The notes: a model not told the origin generated them from the letters alone. A stretch of 64,000 bases of DNA from Spirochaetia bacterium (GCA_965218205.1 OZ244590.1:1176178-1240177), one strand, 5' to 3'; shown: positions 1-10,535, numbered from the stretch's first letter. Numbers and translations: made by a program.

Positions 1-624
1 ATGAACTCTCCGTATAAGTTCGCATCCCGCCACAATATTTGCCCACTGATCAGCTCCTCCAAATTGCAGTGTACATTGATGCTCTTGAAACAAATGGAGA
101 AAATCATAGGACTGTAATAGTTGATAATTAAACTCTAAAAAACTCAAGCCTGTTTCTAATCGCTTTTTGTATGTTTCAAAACTCAGCATTCTATTTACAG
201 AAAAATGTTTTCCTATATCACGAATAAAACTGATATATTGTAAATTATCAAGCCATGCACTATTATCGACAAACTGAGCTTGTATATCTAAGCGAGAGAA
301 AATTGATTGTACTTGTTCTTTAATTTTGTTAGTATTGCTCTCTAGCTTTTCAGCAGACAGAATAGGACGTGCTTTACTTTTTCCAGAAGGATCCCCTACT
401 TTTGCGGTACCAGTACCAAGCACAATAATAGGGCTATGTCCATATCGATAGAAATGGCACATAAGATACAATGGCACAAAATGCCCAATATGTAAACTGT
501 CTCCTGTAGGATCTACCCCTACATATGCAGTAATCTTTTCTTTTTCAAAACGTGATTGGAGCTCTGTATCGTTTGTGCATTGATAATAGAAGCCACGCCA
601 TTGCAGTTCTTCCCAAAGTGTCAT
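1..624 (-). CDS. tyrS: Tyrosyl-tRNA synthetase, N-terminal ~208 aa; C-terminus lies beyond the window start
   Basis: Hand translation of the minus strand from ATG 624..622 gives MTLWEELQWRGFYYQ...AYVGVDPTGDSLHIGHFVPL...GGADQWANI. The HIGH motif and class I TyrRS signature are present. The ORF track omits it because it runs off the edge. Its start lies 1 nt after the glyQS stop. Confidence 0.85.
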   Translation of the reverse strand, partial: MTLWEELQWRGFYYQCTNDTELQSRFEKEKITAYVGVDPTGDSLHIGHFVPLYLMCHFYRYGHSPIIVLGTGTAKVGDPSGKSKARPILSAEKLESNTNKIKEQVQSIFSRLDIQAQFVDNSAWLDNLQYISFIRDIGKHFSVNRMLSFETYKKRLETGLSFLEFNYQLLQSYDFLHLFQEHQCTLQFGGADQWANIVAGCELIRRVH

Positions 625-625
625 A

Positions 626-1945
626 TTATACTCGCTTGTAATTATGAATATAGTTTGTAAGATATTCTCTGATATGAGAAATTGCTATTCTATCCTGTGT
701 AAGTGTATCACGATTTCTTATCGTAACTTTAGAATCATCCTTTGTTTCATAATCCACTGTAATACACAGTGGAGTACCTATTTCATCTTGCCTTCGATAC
801 CGTTTGCCAATAGATCCGCCTGCATCAAAGCATACAGGCACTTCATTTTGTAGCGAAGTAAAAATGTCTCTTGAAAGTTCTAGCAAGCCATCTTTCTTTA
901 CCAAAGGCAGCACTGCAAGCTGATAAGGGCTGAGTGTAGGGTGCATTTTCAACACTACCCTCACTTCCCCATCTGCATTGTCTTCTTCATAACTATCGCA
1001 TAAGACAAGCAACACAGAACGAGTAAGCCCTGCAGATGTTTCAATAATATAAGGAGTGTATTTCTCTCCTTCTTCGTTTTGATATGATATGTCTTTTTTT
1101 GAGTACTTAGAATGCTGAGTAAGATCATAGTCCGATCGGTTATGCACTCCTTCCACTTCGTTCCATCCAAAAGGAAAATTATAATAAATATCAAAGGCAG
1201 CTTTTGCATAATGAGCAAGCTCATCAGGACCATGCTCATTAAATTTGAGACATGATTCCTTAATGCCTAAATCACGATAATATTGCATACGTTTTTCCAT
1301 CCAAAACTCAAACCATTTAGCATCTGTATCGGGAGAAACAAAAAACTGCATTTCCATCTGTTCAAACTCACAGGTACGAAAGATAAAATTCTTAAATACA
1401 AGTTCATTACGAAATGCTTTTCCTATCTGTGCTATCCCAAAAGGAATTTTAAGACGACTTGATTGCTGTACATTCTTAAAGTTTACATAAATTCCCTGTG
1501 CTGTCTCTGGACGAAGATACACAGTCATTCTTGACTCTTCTGTTGAACCAAGCTGTGTGGCAAACATAAGATTAAAATTTTTCGGTTTACTCAAAGGGTT
1601 ACCGTTAGGACTGGTATTGGTATCTCTTTGTTCTTGTGTAAGATGATCGTATCTATATCTTTCCTTTGTTACTGTATCTTCTACGAGAACATCAATAAAA
1701 TTGTCTACATGGCCACTTGCTTTCCATACAGTTGGATGCATTAAGATTGCAGAATCAAGTCCTACAATATTTTCATTCTGCTGCACCATGCATTTCCACC
1801 AATAGTTTTGAATATTTTTTTTGAGCTCTACTCCTAAGGGGCCATAATCCCATGCAGAAGCAAGTCCGTTATATATTTCTGATGATTGAAAAATAAATCC
1901 TCTTCTTTTACACAAAGACACAATATGATCAATAGTACTAGCCAT
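626..1945 (-). CDS. glyQS: Glycyl-tRNA synthetase, dimeric alpha2 type
   Basis: 439-aa ORF with class II aaRS motifs. N-terminus MASTIDHIVSLCKRRGFIFQSSEIYNGLASAWDYGPLGVELKKN is typical of GlyQS. Overlaps gltX by 8 nt. Confidence 0.93.
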   Translation of the reverse strand: MASTIDHIVSLCKRRGFIFQSSEIYNGLASAWDYGPLGVELKKNIQNYWWKCMVQQNENIVGLDSAILMHPTVWKASGHVDNFIDVLVEDTVTKERYRYDHLTQEQRDTNTSPNGNPLSKPKNFNLMFATQLGSTEESRMTVYLRPETAQGIYVNFKNVQQSSRLKIPFGIAQIGKAFRNELVFKNFIFRTCEFEQMEMQFFVSPDTDAKWFEFWMEKRMQYYRDLGIKESCLKFNEHGPDELAHYAKAAFDIYYNFPFGWNEVEGVHNRSDYDLTQHSKYSKKDISYQNEEGEKYTPYIIETSAGLTRSVLLVLCDSYEEDNADGEVRVVLKMHPTLSPYQLAVLPLVKKDGLLELSRDIFTSLQNEVPVCFDAGGSIGKRYRRQDEIGTPLCITVDYETKDDSKVTIRNRDTLTQDRIAISHIREYLTNYIHNYKRV

Positions 1946-3401
1946 TATGTTTCTCCTTTTGTTTCTCTAATAGTTCTAAAAATTCTAAAAATGTATGCAC
2001 TCTTTGTAATACCTCATCATGTCCCATAGCATGTTCTATTGCAACAGTCATTGCGGTTATGGGAGGTGATATTTTACTTCCAGTAAGGGCTATACGCAAA
2101 GGCATGAGCATGTTTCCCAGCTTTATCCCTCTCGCCTTACTCTCACTGCGTATCTTCTCTTCAAGCTCCTCAGAGGAGCTATATGTGTTGTCCTGTAGTA
2201 TAGTTTGCACTAAACATAATCCATCAATGAATGGTGATACTGATTTTTGTTCTACTAAAGCAATGGATGCATCCATATCAGGAGTAACAAACAAAGGCTT
2301 TAATAAATGATTTACATCAGAGAGAAGCTCCATACGTTCTTTGATACTAGGAACAATACTTTTTTGTAACATCTCCTTAAACGAAGCTGAAATAGATAGC
2401 TTGTACTTTTTTTCTAAAAATGGTACTATCATATCAGTGAGATGCTCATCAGAACATGCCTTAATATAATGAGCATTAAACCAGCGTAATTTCTCCATAC
2501 TAAACTTTGCAGGATTTTTCTGTATGTTTCCTTGCATGAAATGTTTTGTAAGCTCTGTAAGGCTAAAAAATTCACGCGAATCATCAAAGCTCCACCCTAA
2601 AAGAGCAATGCAGTTTATGAGAGCTTCAGGCAAAATGCCCATATCACGCAATTCTCGTATGCTTATTGACCCGTTTCGTTTTGATAGCTTCTGCCCATCA
2701 TCGCCTAGTACCATAGGTAAATGAGCGTATACAGGAGCTTGCCATCCTAGTACAGTATACATGTACACATGCACAGGAGTAGTGGGAATCCACTCTTGAG
2801 AACGCAATACATGAGTAATATCCATAGCATGATCGTCTACCACATTTGCAAGATGATAGGTAGGCATTCTATCTGATTTTAAGAGTATGGGATCAACTAT
2901 CATGTCTTGAAACTTACGAACAATAGATCCTAGTATACTATCATCAAACTGCTGTTCTCCTTCTAGTGGTAATTTAAGGCGAATAACAGGAGCTATGCCC
3001 TTTTGCTTATATGCAGTAATTTCTTCTGTACTCAAATTACGCGAAGAGCGATCGTAGTCTCCTTCTCTTTGCATTGAAGAAGTATAGCAATAATACGCAA
3101 AGCCTTCATCAACTAAATATTCAGCTATTTCCTGATATTTCTGTTTTCGTTGTGACTGAATGTATGGAGCATAGGGGCCCTTGTCTGTATGTTCATCAGG
3201 TTCTATAGAAAGCCATTGTAATGACTCTAGCATATCATCTAAATATTCCTGCTTACTACGACTTGCGTCAGTATCTTCAACACGCAATATAAATGTACCT
3301 CCTTGTGAATGTGCAAAGAGATAATTAAAGAGTGCTGTTCTCAATCCTCCGATATGTTGAAACCCTGTAGGAGAAGGAGCGTATCTTACTCGTATTGACA
3401 T
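1938..3401 (-). CDS. gltX: Glutamyl-tRNA synthetase
   Basis: 487 aa. N-terminus MSIRVRYAPSPTGFQHIGGLRTALFNYLFA carries the HIGH-type motif. A KLSKR-like KMSKS motif (QKLSKRNGS) is present. Confidence 0.93.
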   Translation of the reverse strand: MSIRVRYAPSPTGFQHIGGLRTALFNYLFAHSQGGTFILRVEDTDASRSKQEYLDDMLESLQWLSIEPDEHTDKGPYAPYIQSQRKQKYQEIAEYLVDEGFAYYCYTSSMQREGDYDRSSRNLSTEEITAYKQKGIAPVIRLKLPLEGEQQFDDSILGSIVRKFQDMIVDPILLKSDRMPTYHLANVVDDHAMDITHVLRSQEWIPTTPVHVYMYTVLGWQAPVYAHLPMVLGDDGQKLSKRNGSISIRELRDMGILPEALINCIALLGWSFDDSREFFSLTELTKHFMQGNIQKNPAKFSMEKLRWFNAHYIKACSDEHLTDMIVPFLEKKYKLSISASFKEMLQKSIVPSIKERMELLSDVNHLLKPLFVTPDMDASIALVEQKSVSPFIDGLCLVQTILQDNTYSSSEELEEKIRSESKARGIKLGNMLMPLRIALTGSKISPPITAMTVAIEHAMGHDEVLQRVHTFLEFLELLEKQKEKHNG

Positions 3402-3482
3402 ATAATTAGTATATCAAAAAAGCATAATAGATTACAAAGGGAGTAGCCACTATGTACGAGATACATATATATCATTCCTCTG

Positions 3483-4697
3483 CTATCGTTGTCTATAGCT
3501 TTGTAAAAAATCTTTGAGACGAAGCATAGCTTCCCTCATAGTGTCTTCTGGGGCTAAGCATACAATACGAAAAAAGTTTTCTTTATGATAGTTAAATCCA
3601 GAAGCAGGAACTAAGAGTACATGTTTTTCGCGTAAAAAATCAAGAACAAACTGTTCTCCATTTTGTATAGCATGCTCCTCTAAAAGCTGCGGAAAAATAT
3701 ACATTGTCCCTTTAGGAGGCATAAATCGTATTCCTGCTATGGAGGAAAGTCCTGTACAAGCAGCTTGCACTCTTTCGTAAAATATCCCCTTAGGCTTCAT
3801 CAATGCATCAATATGCTCTTGTTGCTGAAATACTGCTTGCAAACTGAGCTGTGCAATAACATTACTACATAAACGTAAGCTGGATAGTTTTTCTATCGCA
3901 TCCTTGAGTAACATCAATACATTTTTAGGATCGTATATGCACATCCAACCACAACGAAATCCAGGAGCTCTGTATGTTTTTGATATGCCATTAAAAAAAA
4001 TACAGGGAACATCATTCATCAATGTTGCAATAGGACAAGGCTCTTGTGTATCATATACAATACGCTCATAAATTTCATCTGAAAAAATGAGAAGCTGATG
4101 TTCTATTGCAATATTGATTATCTGTTGTAGCAATGTTTTAGAATATACCGCTCCCGTAGGATTATTGGGAGAAATAATGACTATCGCACGAGTTTTGTTA
4201 CTTATAAGCTTTTTTATATCCTCAACTCGTGGCATCCAATCATTTTCAATATCACAGGAATAATATACTGGTGTTCCATGATTAAGATGAATCATAGCTG
4301 ACCATAAGGGATAATCAGGGGACGGCACAAGAATTTCATCTCCTGGATTAATGAATGCACTCATGCTCAGAGATATAAGCTCGCTTACCCCGTTTCCAAG
4401 AAAAATAGAATCGGGAGAAATAGCAAGATTATAATTATATGCATAATAGTGCGCGACTGCCTCACGAGATGTAAGAAGCCCCTTACTTTCAACATATCCT
4501 TGAGCAAGGGCTATATTATCACGCACATACTCTAGTACATGTGTATCTGCCTCAATACCAAAAGGAAATGTATTACCAATATTTAGTTTCAATACCTCTT
4601 CACCTGCTTCTTCAAGTCGTAGGGCTTCTTGTAGAATAGGGCCTCTGATAGCATAATGTACTTTCTTTACTGTATGAGAAATATTTTTAATATCCAT
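3483..4697 (-). CDS. alaA: Alanine (glutamate-pyruvate) aminotransferase, class I/II PLP-dependent, AlaA-like
   Basis: Strong colinear similarity to E. coli AlaA recalled from memory: VHYAIRGPILQEA, LKLNIGN, GNGVSELI, SPNNPTGAVYSK, FNGISKTYRAPGFRCGWM. I take the start as the internal Met MDIKNISHTVKK at 4697. The ORF-track extension to 4838 encodes a low-complexity Tyr/Phe-rich peptide. Confidence 0.85.
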   Translation of the reverse strand: MDIKNISHTVKKVHYAIRGPILQEALRLEEAGEEVLKLNIGNTFPFGIEADTHVLEYVRDNIALAQGYVESKGLLTSREAVAHYYAYNYNLAISPDSIFLGNGVSELISLSMSAFINPGDEILVPSPDYPLWSAMIHLNHGTPVYYSCDIENDWMPRVEDIKKLISNKTRAIVIISPNNPTGAVYSKTLLQQIINIAIEHQLLIFSDEIYERIVYDTQEPCPIATLMNDVPCIFFNGISKTYRAPGFRCGWMCIYDPKNVLMLLKDAIEKLSSLRLCSNVIAQLSLQAVFQQQEHIDALMKPKGIFYERVQAACTGLSSIAGIRFMPPKGTMYIFPQLLEEHAIQNGEQFVLDFLREKHVLLVPASGFNYHKENFFRIVCLAPEDTMREAMLRLKDFLQSYRQR

Positions 4698-4757
4698 GTA
4701 TATACCATTCTTTTTATATTTATTATATACTGTTATATGAAAATATAAAATATATAT

Positions 4758-6044
4758 ATGCTTGTTTTGATTACTAAAGAAATCAATTTTATAGCCGATG
4801 CTAATGGTAGATTCATGCTTACAAAAAAAATAGCACAAATTGAAAGAAATAGCAGTATAGATTCTCTCGGATATTTAGATAAAGATTTTATTTTATTTCT
4901 TCCAGAAACACAGTTTAACAATACAATTAAGCAAATTTTTAATGAACATCAGATAGCAGCATATCAAACATATGAAACATCAGATATACATATCGCAACA
5001 AATAATTCAGAAGATGCACAAAAAAATACCCCTTCCCCCTCTTTTGTGCATACTACAAAAAAAGTAGATAGCAAATATGTACGGCTTCTCTCCTTATACC
5101 CAAACTATGAAATAAAATATGAAGAGCTGTATCATCAGATCAAGAATATTGTACATAATATCTCTCTATTACAAACAGTAGATTATAAAGAAATTACTAA
5201 TCTTATGTATGATAAAGTGTTACCGCTTATAAAAAAAGAACCTCTTGTATATTTAGCTGCCCATGAATTCTATGTTACAGAAAATCACATGCAATGTAAA
5301 CTTATTAACTTTTTTTTACAGAACCTACTTTTCACTACCTCATTGCTTGAACTTGATACAAGTAAAACATTTATCAGTATCGAAAAAAAGCTGCAAGTGA
5401 GTATATCCTCTATGCTAGCAAATGTAGGGCTTATTATTGTACTTAATACATTAGAAAAAGAAGAAGTAATAGGTATGCTGTTTACTCCTCAATTACGAAA
5501 AACAATCCCTAAACTGAGCAGTAAAATACTCAGTCATTCAATCTTTCCTCTTTCTCTCACACAAGGTATATTATACTCTAAAATACCATATGTTCATTTA
5601 CAGAAAATACAAAAAAGAAGTTCAGCATTAATCCATCCATCCAATTTGTATGAATTTTCTTTTATCATTAACTCGTATGTGTTTTTAGTAGGTGGCTACA
5701 ATAAAAAAAGGCATGCTCCTCCTCAAGCAATAAAAATCATTGCACAACAAGCAAACAAAGAGTTTAATCCTGACTTTATAAAAGTTATTGTCAATGTAAT
5801 CAGTACTATACCACCTGGTACCTATGTGTCGTTGGCTAATAAATCAAAGGGGATGATACTCTCTCCAAATATAGAATCTGAGAGCACCGCCTCCTTTCAG
5901 GTATTATCTACAAAACATGATAACACGGTAACTGATCTAAAGGTTATCACTGTTGATTCACAAGAGTTTAGTATAAGCAGCATTCTTTCTGAGGAAGAAA
6001 GTATGGCACTTCATAAGCATAGAAAATCTCTATATCAATACTAG
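4758..6044 (+). CDS. Hypothetical protein. C-terminal half resembles a degenerate HD-GYP-type domain (catalytic HD and GYP motifs not conserved)
   Basis: 428-aa ORF. The tail FNPDFIKVIVNVISTIPPGTYVSLANKSKGMIL resembles the conserved HD-GYP C-terminal segment. The candidate HD position reads LLELDTSK and the GYP position reads GGYNKKRH. Domain assignment is from memory and is weak. Confidence 0.5.
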   Translation: MLVLITKEINFIADANGRFMLTKKIAQIERNSSIDSLGYLDKDFILFLPETQFNNTIKQIFNEHQIAAYQTYETSDIHIATNNSEDAQKNTPSPSFVHTTKKVDSKYVRLLSLYPNYEIKYEELYHQIKNIVHNISLLQTVDYKEITNLMYDKVLPLIKKEPLVYLAAHEFYVTENHMQCKLINFFLQNLLFTTSLLELDTSKTFISIEKKLQVSISSMLANVGLIIVLNTLEKEEVIGMLFTPQLRKTIPKLSSKILSHSIFPLSLTQGILYSKIPYVHLQKIQKRSSALIHPSNLYEFSFIINSYVFLVGGYNKKRHAPPQAIKIIAQQANKEFNPDFIKVIVNVISTIPPGTYVSLANKSKGMILSPNIESESTASFQVLSTKHDNTVTDLKVITVDSQEFSISSILSEEESMALHKHRKSLYQY

Positions 6045-6066
6045 TGCTACACTTCTTATAAAAACA

Positions 6067-8454
6067 TCATTTTACTGTTTCCTTTTTGCTCAACTTTCTC
6101 TGTACTTGTATTTTTGTATGTATGTGCTTATTGGTAACTGTGAGTAAAATACTATGGAATACACGATGATGAGAAGTATTTTTATGTACTATTTTTCTTA
6201 GCACCGTATCTGTTAATATATCGTGTACCTCCTTTGCCATCATTCTCTTTACATTTCTTGCTCCAAAAATAGGAGAATAGCCTTTATTTGCTAAATATTC
6301 TACTACTGAATTATCCCAATGCAATGTTATATGGAGCTTTTTTAGTTTTACAGAAATGATATGTAATTCTCTTGTCACTATGTGTCGAATATGCTGTGTA
6401 TGTAATGTATTAAATGTAATGACTTCATCAAGTCTATTTCTAAATTCGGGGGTGAAAATATGTGAGGTTGCATCAAGCATAGCATTCTTTCCACGATAAT
6501 TTTCTCCTTCAAAACCAACCTCTGCTTGAATAGCATGTTCTGCTCCTGCATTTGAAGTCATGCACAATAGAATATTACGAAAATCTGCCTTTCTTCCCAT
6601 GCTATCAGTAATAGTAGCATAATCCATAATTTGCAGAAGAAGGTTATATACATCAGCGTGTGCTTTTTCAATCTCATCTAAAAGAAGTAAAGAATATGGA
6701 GAGCGTCTTATACAGTCTATCAGTACTCCCCCATTTGTATGTCCTACATACCCAGGAGGAGAACCAATAAATTTTGATACTGAGCTTTGCTCTTGAAACT
6801 CACTCATATCAAAACGATGAAATGTAATAGCAAGCTCAGATGCCACTTGTTTACATAATTCTGTTTTCCCTACTCCTGTTGGACCTACAAGCAAAAACGA
6901 AGCAAGCGGTTTATTCTCATCACTCAGTCCTGCTTTTGCACGATGTATTACATTAACGAAAGAATCGATAGCTTCGTCTTGTCCGAAAATAGTTTTTTTT
7001 AACTTTACTTTCAAATCTAAAAGCTCTTGTAGCTCATTTCTTTTAATGCTTGTCAATGATCGCTTTGTTATTTTACTCATGACTAATTCTACATCTTCTT
7101 TCTTTACGACTTTTATTTTTTCTGTATTATTGGTATGATTTTTAAGCTTAATGGATGAGCCTATAGCATCAAGAATATCAATAGCTTTGTCAGGAAACGC
7201 TCTATCTGTAACATACTTTTTACTCAGCTCTATAATATAATCAAACACTGTATGGGAATAACTCACTTTATAAAATGCTTCAAATGTATCCTTTAATTGT
7301 AATAAAATAGTTTTTACTTCTTTATTATTTGGCTCTTGCATCTCTACTACATGAAAGCGACGAAATATACTTTTTTCACGTTCTATGAGCTTTAGCTCTT
7401 CATATGTACAAGTACCTATACAGCGTATCTTATTATTTGCAAGCACAGGTTTTATAAGATCACCAAAATCGTTTCCGTTTCCTGTGCTAGAACCTGTGTT
7501 CATAGCACTATATATATCATCAAGCAATAGAATATACTGTTTTTCTTTTGAAAATGACTGCATGATCAATTTTACTCTCTCTTCAAAATCTCCTCTATAT
7601 CGAGTACCTGCTACTAATGCGGTAACATTAAGAGACAAAAGCTTTGTGTTACTGAGCTCATGAGGCACTGCATTTTTCTGTATAAGATGAGCAAATTCAT
7701 AGACCAATGATGTTTTTCCTACTCCAGCTTCACCCACTAAAAGAACATTATTTTTTTGTCTTCTTAATAAAACTTCTGTCACCTCGTTCAAGCAATCTAA
7801 TTGCCCTATAAAAGGTTCTAGCATATTTTTTTCTGCCAATGTATTTATATCAACTGTATATTTTTGTAAAGTGTTTTCATTTTTATGTTCATCATGCTCT
7901 TCATCTTCTTGAGAAGCAAAGAAAGAAATATCTTCATCTCCCTCAAGGGATGGTACAGAAAAATTAATTTTCTTATTCGTTTCTGTATTGGTATCATAAT
8001 TAAAAAAATCTTGAATAAAATCTTCGTCTTTCATTATTTCAAGAATATCTTCCTCTTTTATATTTTGATTTTTGAAAAATGAAATTTTTTGACTATCCTC
8101 TATTTGAATCAACGCAATAAGTAAATCTTTAATACCTAATATATCTCTTTGTTCGCTTGCACAAAATAGAAACGATTTTTCTATAAGCTGTCTGTATTCT
8201 AAAGAATATGCAATTCTAAACAAAGAGTTTTTTTTAGTAGCACTCACAGGAATATGAGAAAGATAGTCTATTAGCTCTCTTTTCATATCTTCAATACGAA
8301 TATTCATCATATCAAAGATTGCTCGAATTGCAGGCTGATAAAGAAGTACATACAGAACATGCTCAGGGGTAATTTTTTGATGTTGATAGTATATAGCTTC
8401 ATCACTTGCTGCATCTAAAATTAATTGAACATTTTCATCTAGTTTAAGTTTCAT
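6067..8454 (-). CDS. clpA: ATP-dependent Clp protease ATP-binding subunit ClpA-like (two AAA+ modules, no ClpB-type M domain)
   Basis: 795 aa. N-terminal Clp_N repeats. Walker A GEAGVGKT in D1 and GPTGVGKT in D2. Short D1-D2 linker as in ClpA. Confidence 0.88.
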   Translation of the reverse strand: MKLKLDENVQLILDAASDEAIYYQHQKITPEHVLYVLLYQPAIRAIFDMMNIRIEDMKRELIDYLSHIPVSATKKNSLFRIAYSLEYRQLIEKSFLFCASEQRDILGIKDLLIALIQIEDSQKISFFKNQNIKEEDILEIMKDEDFIQDFFNYDTNTETNKKINFSVPSLEGDEDISFFASQEDEEHDEHKNENTLQKYTVDINTLAEKNMLEPFIGQLDCLNEVTEVLLRRQKNNVLLVGEAGVGKTSLVYEFAHLIQKNAVPHELSNTKLLSLNVTALVAGTRYRGDFEERVKLIMQSFSKEKQYILLLDDIYSAMNTGSSTGNGNDFGDLIKPVLANNKIRCIGTCTYEELKLIEREKSIFRRFHVVEMQEPNNKEVKTILLQLKDTFEAFYKVSYSHTVFDYIIELSKKYVTDRAFPDKAIDILDAIGSSIKLKNHTNNTEKIKVVKKEDVELVMSKITKRSLTSIKRNELQELLDLKVKLKKTIFGQDEAIDSFVNVIHRAKAGLSDENKPLASFLLVGPTGVGKTELCKQVASELAITFHRFDMSEFQEQSSVSKFIGSPPGYVGHTNGGVLIDCIRRSPYSLLLLDEIEKAHADVYNLLLQIMDYATITDSMGRKADFRNILLCMTSNAGAEHAIQAEVGFEGENYRGKNAMLDATSHIFTPEFRNRLDEVITFNTLHTQHIRHIVTRELHIISVKLKKLHITLHWDNSVVEYLANKGYSPIFGARNVKRMMAKEVHDILTDTVLRKIVHKNTSHHRVFHSILLTVTNKHIHTKIQVQRKLSKKETVK

Positions 8455-8562
8455 ATATTAGTCTAGTATAGCAACATTATGTAAATAATGTCTTTCATTT
8501 TTGTAATGGTATACAAAAATATCCATAGTATCGATAAAAAAAATACATTGATGCATCTATGT

Positions 8563-8652
8563 CTTACGGACTAATTTTTTTTAACATTCCTGCTTCTAAA
8601 GTATATATTGAAGAGCAGGTATAATGGAGTACTTCTTCTAAATGAGAAATAA
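8563..8652. repeat. Direct repeat L (~90 bp) flanking the R-M cassette. A duplicated copy of the 3' end of the downstream ABC ATPase gene
   Basis: 8563-8652 matches 10766-10855 with 2 mismatches in 90 nt (cttacggactaattttttttaacattcctgcttctaaagtatatattgaagagca[g/t]gtataa[t/c]ggagtacttcttctaaatgagaaataa). On the minus strand it still encodes ...ISHLEEVLHYTCSSIYTLEAGMLKKISP* as an orphan gene tail. Confidence 0.9.
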
Positions 8653-8809
8653 TATATGTTTTTCTATAAAAATTCTTCCTGTTGTTATTTTAATATCTAT
8701 ATGCTTTTTCTTCATTATGGGTGTATTTTTCACTATACATTGTATTTTATGATAAATAAAAATATGATGTCTATAGATCTTATAGCTTTAGAGATATTAC
8801 AATTTGTAT

Positions 8810-9616
8810 TTAGAACATCAATACACTATTTTCTTCTTTATATTTTTTAATTCTATTTCTTGATAACTGACAATATTCTTTTGATATATCAATACCTATA
8901 TAATTTCTTCCTAATTTTAAAGCTGTAACACAAGTAGTTCCACTACCACACATTGGATCAAATACTAAATCGCCTTTATTAGTCCATGAATTGATATGAT
9001 CTCTTACTAATGCACAAGGAAAAGGAGCAGAATGCTTTTTTGCTTCCTGATCCTCAGCTTTTTTACCAACAACATAAGTCCATATATTACCTTTAATTTT
9101 TTGCTTTTGTACTGGATTAGCAAATTTTTCCCTCTTTTGTTCTCCTTTTGAGTAATTTTTATATGTAGTTCCATTTAACTGTAGACCTGCGTGTAAACAA
9201 TCTATTTTTATTGGATTATGAGTCTTAACAGTTCCTTTACTAAAAACAAACATATATTCAAACTCATTATTATATCTCTTTCTATATATCTGAGGGATTG
9301 GATTCTTTTTTTGAAATATCATTGTATCATGAAGATTAAAACCAATTTCTTTAAAATATAGTGCTTGCTTAAAACTACTTCCAGTTTCACTGCCAGCAAT
9401 TGTTGCATCTCCAACTACCCAAACTAAGATTCCTCCAATTTTAGTTATACGGAACAATTGTTTAGCTATTTTTTCAAATGGAAATGAATACCCTTTATAA
9501 GTACGTAAATTATCATAGGGAGGTGAAGTTATCGTTAAATCAACAAAATTGTCATCAAAAAATCCCATTAAATTAGTACAATTTCCTTCAATTATTTGAT
9601 TCAGATATTTTTGCAT
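8810..9616 (-). CDS. DNA methyltransferase, beta-class amino-MTase (motif IV SPPY precedes motif I FDPMCGSGTT). N4-cytosine or N6-adenine
   Basis: 268 aa. TSPPY at residues ~30-34 and FDPMCGSGTTCV near the C-terminus, the circular-permuted beta order. Start lies 1 nt after the upstream endonuclease stop. Confidence 0.85.
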   Translation of the reverse strand: MQKYLNQIIEGNCTNLMGFFDDNFVDLTITSPPYDNLRTYKGYSFPFEKIAKQLFRITKIGGILVWVVGDATIAGSETGSSFKQALYFKEIGFNLHDTMIFQKKNPIPQIYRKRYNNEFEYMFVFSKGTVKTHNPIKIDCLHAGLQLNGTTYKNYSKGEQKREKFANPVQKQKIKGNIWTYVVGKKAEDQEAKKHSAPFPCALVRDHINSWTNKGDLVFDPMCGSGTTCVTALKLGRNYIGIDISKEYCQLSRNRIKKYKEENSVLMF

Positions 9617-9617
9617 A

Positions 9618-10535
9618 TTATTTTATATTAAGTAGATCATTATTAGAGACATTATTAATTATTTTAATTTTATTTTCTATTCTACTTATATTGACTAGCT
9701 GCTTTAATGCTTCTTCATGACTTAGCTGCATAATCTTTTTTCTTTGTTCGCTTAGATATTTAAGAGCTTCTTGCTTAGCAATACTAATAGTATTTGATGC
9801 CATTATTTTTTCTTCTTGCCATAATTTAGCTATATTGCTTGAATAATTAAGAATAGTTTTATTTACCCCTAACCAATAGTCAACAGCATTTTTTGATGGA
9901 TTTAAAGCAGGGATAGTCTTAAATATTATATATAGCAACTCTTTTGATTTTTTTGCTCCAGATTCAAAGGCGAATCTTACTAATAAAGATAAATGAGAAT
10001 AGGTAAAAATACAAACATTTTTAGTTATTGCTTGCTCATAAATCTGGCTAGTTCTATTTGGCATTTGGTATATTGTACTCACTACCATAGCAAATGGTTT
10101 TCCATGTTTCCATCTATCCATAGATTGAATCTTAAAATCTTTTTGATTTTTAGCAGTTCTACTTAGCCTAAATGCTTTAGCATCAGCGACAAATTCAAAA
10201 TTATCTGTATAGCCTTCTACATCTGCAACATCTGCTCTCTCAGATAATACAAGACTTTTTATTCCCATCATTTTGTAGGCACTTGCTAATAAGCAATCTG
10301 TATATTTTGAATATAATTTCTCTTCAGTGGTATCATGCCCATAAGATTCTGGTATGTTGCCACAAAGATGTAAGTGTGCAATTAGAGCCTCCATACCTTT
10401 TTCATTAATTTCTGCATTTAATTCCCTTTCTAAAAATTCGGAGTTATCACTAAATGAACCTTTTAGATTTTCTATTTTTTTAATCCATTTTTCTCTAATA
10501 CTAATAATCTCGTTAATGTTTGATTTTACTGACAT
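9618..10535 (-). CDS. Type II restriction endonuclease, HindIII-like
   Basis: 305 aa. The segment FEFVADAKAFRLSRTAKNQKDFKIQSMDRWK closely matches the R.HindIII active-site region recalled from memory (…LVADAKSFRLSRTAKNQKDFKV…, catalytic D-x-K in VADAK). An upstream acidic residue lies in ADVEGYTDNFEF. Genetically coupled to the MTase. Confidence 0.78.
   Translation of the reverse strand: MSVKSNINEIISIREKWIKKIENLKGSFSDNSEFLERELNAEINEKGMEALIAHLHLCGNIPESYGHDTTEEKLYSKYTDCLLASAYKMMGIKSLVLSERADVADVEGYTDNFEFVADAKAFRLSRTAKNQKDFKIQSMDRWKHGKPFAMVVSTIYQMPNRTSQIYEQAITKNVCIFTYSHLSLLVRFAFESGAKKSKELLYIIFKTIPALNPSKNAVDYWLGVNKTILNYSSNIAKLWQEEKIMASNTISIAKQEALKYLSEQRKKIMQLSHEEALKQLVNISRIENKIKIINNVSNNDLLNIK

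Noticed and set aside
4698-4838. N-terminal 47-aa extension of the alaA ORF, and the overlapping 62-aa ORF 4733..4921
   Set aside because: The extension is Tyr/Phe/Lys low-complexity, is absent from AlaA homologs, and lies in the AT-rich divergent promoter region. The internal Met aligns with the AlaA N-terminus.
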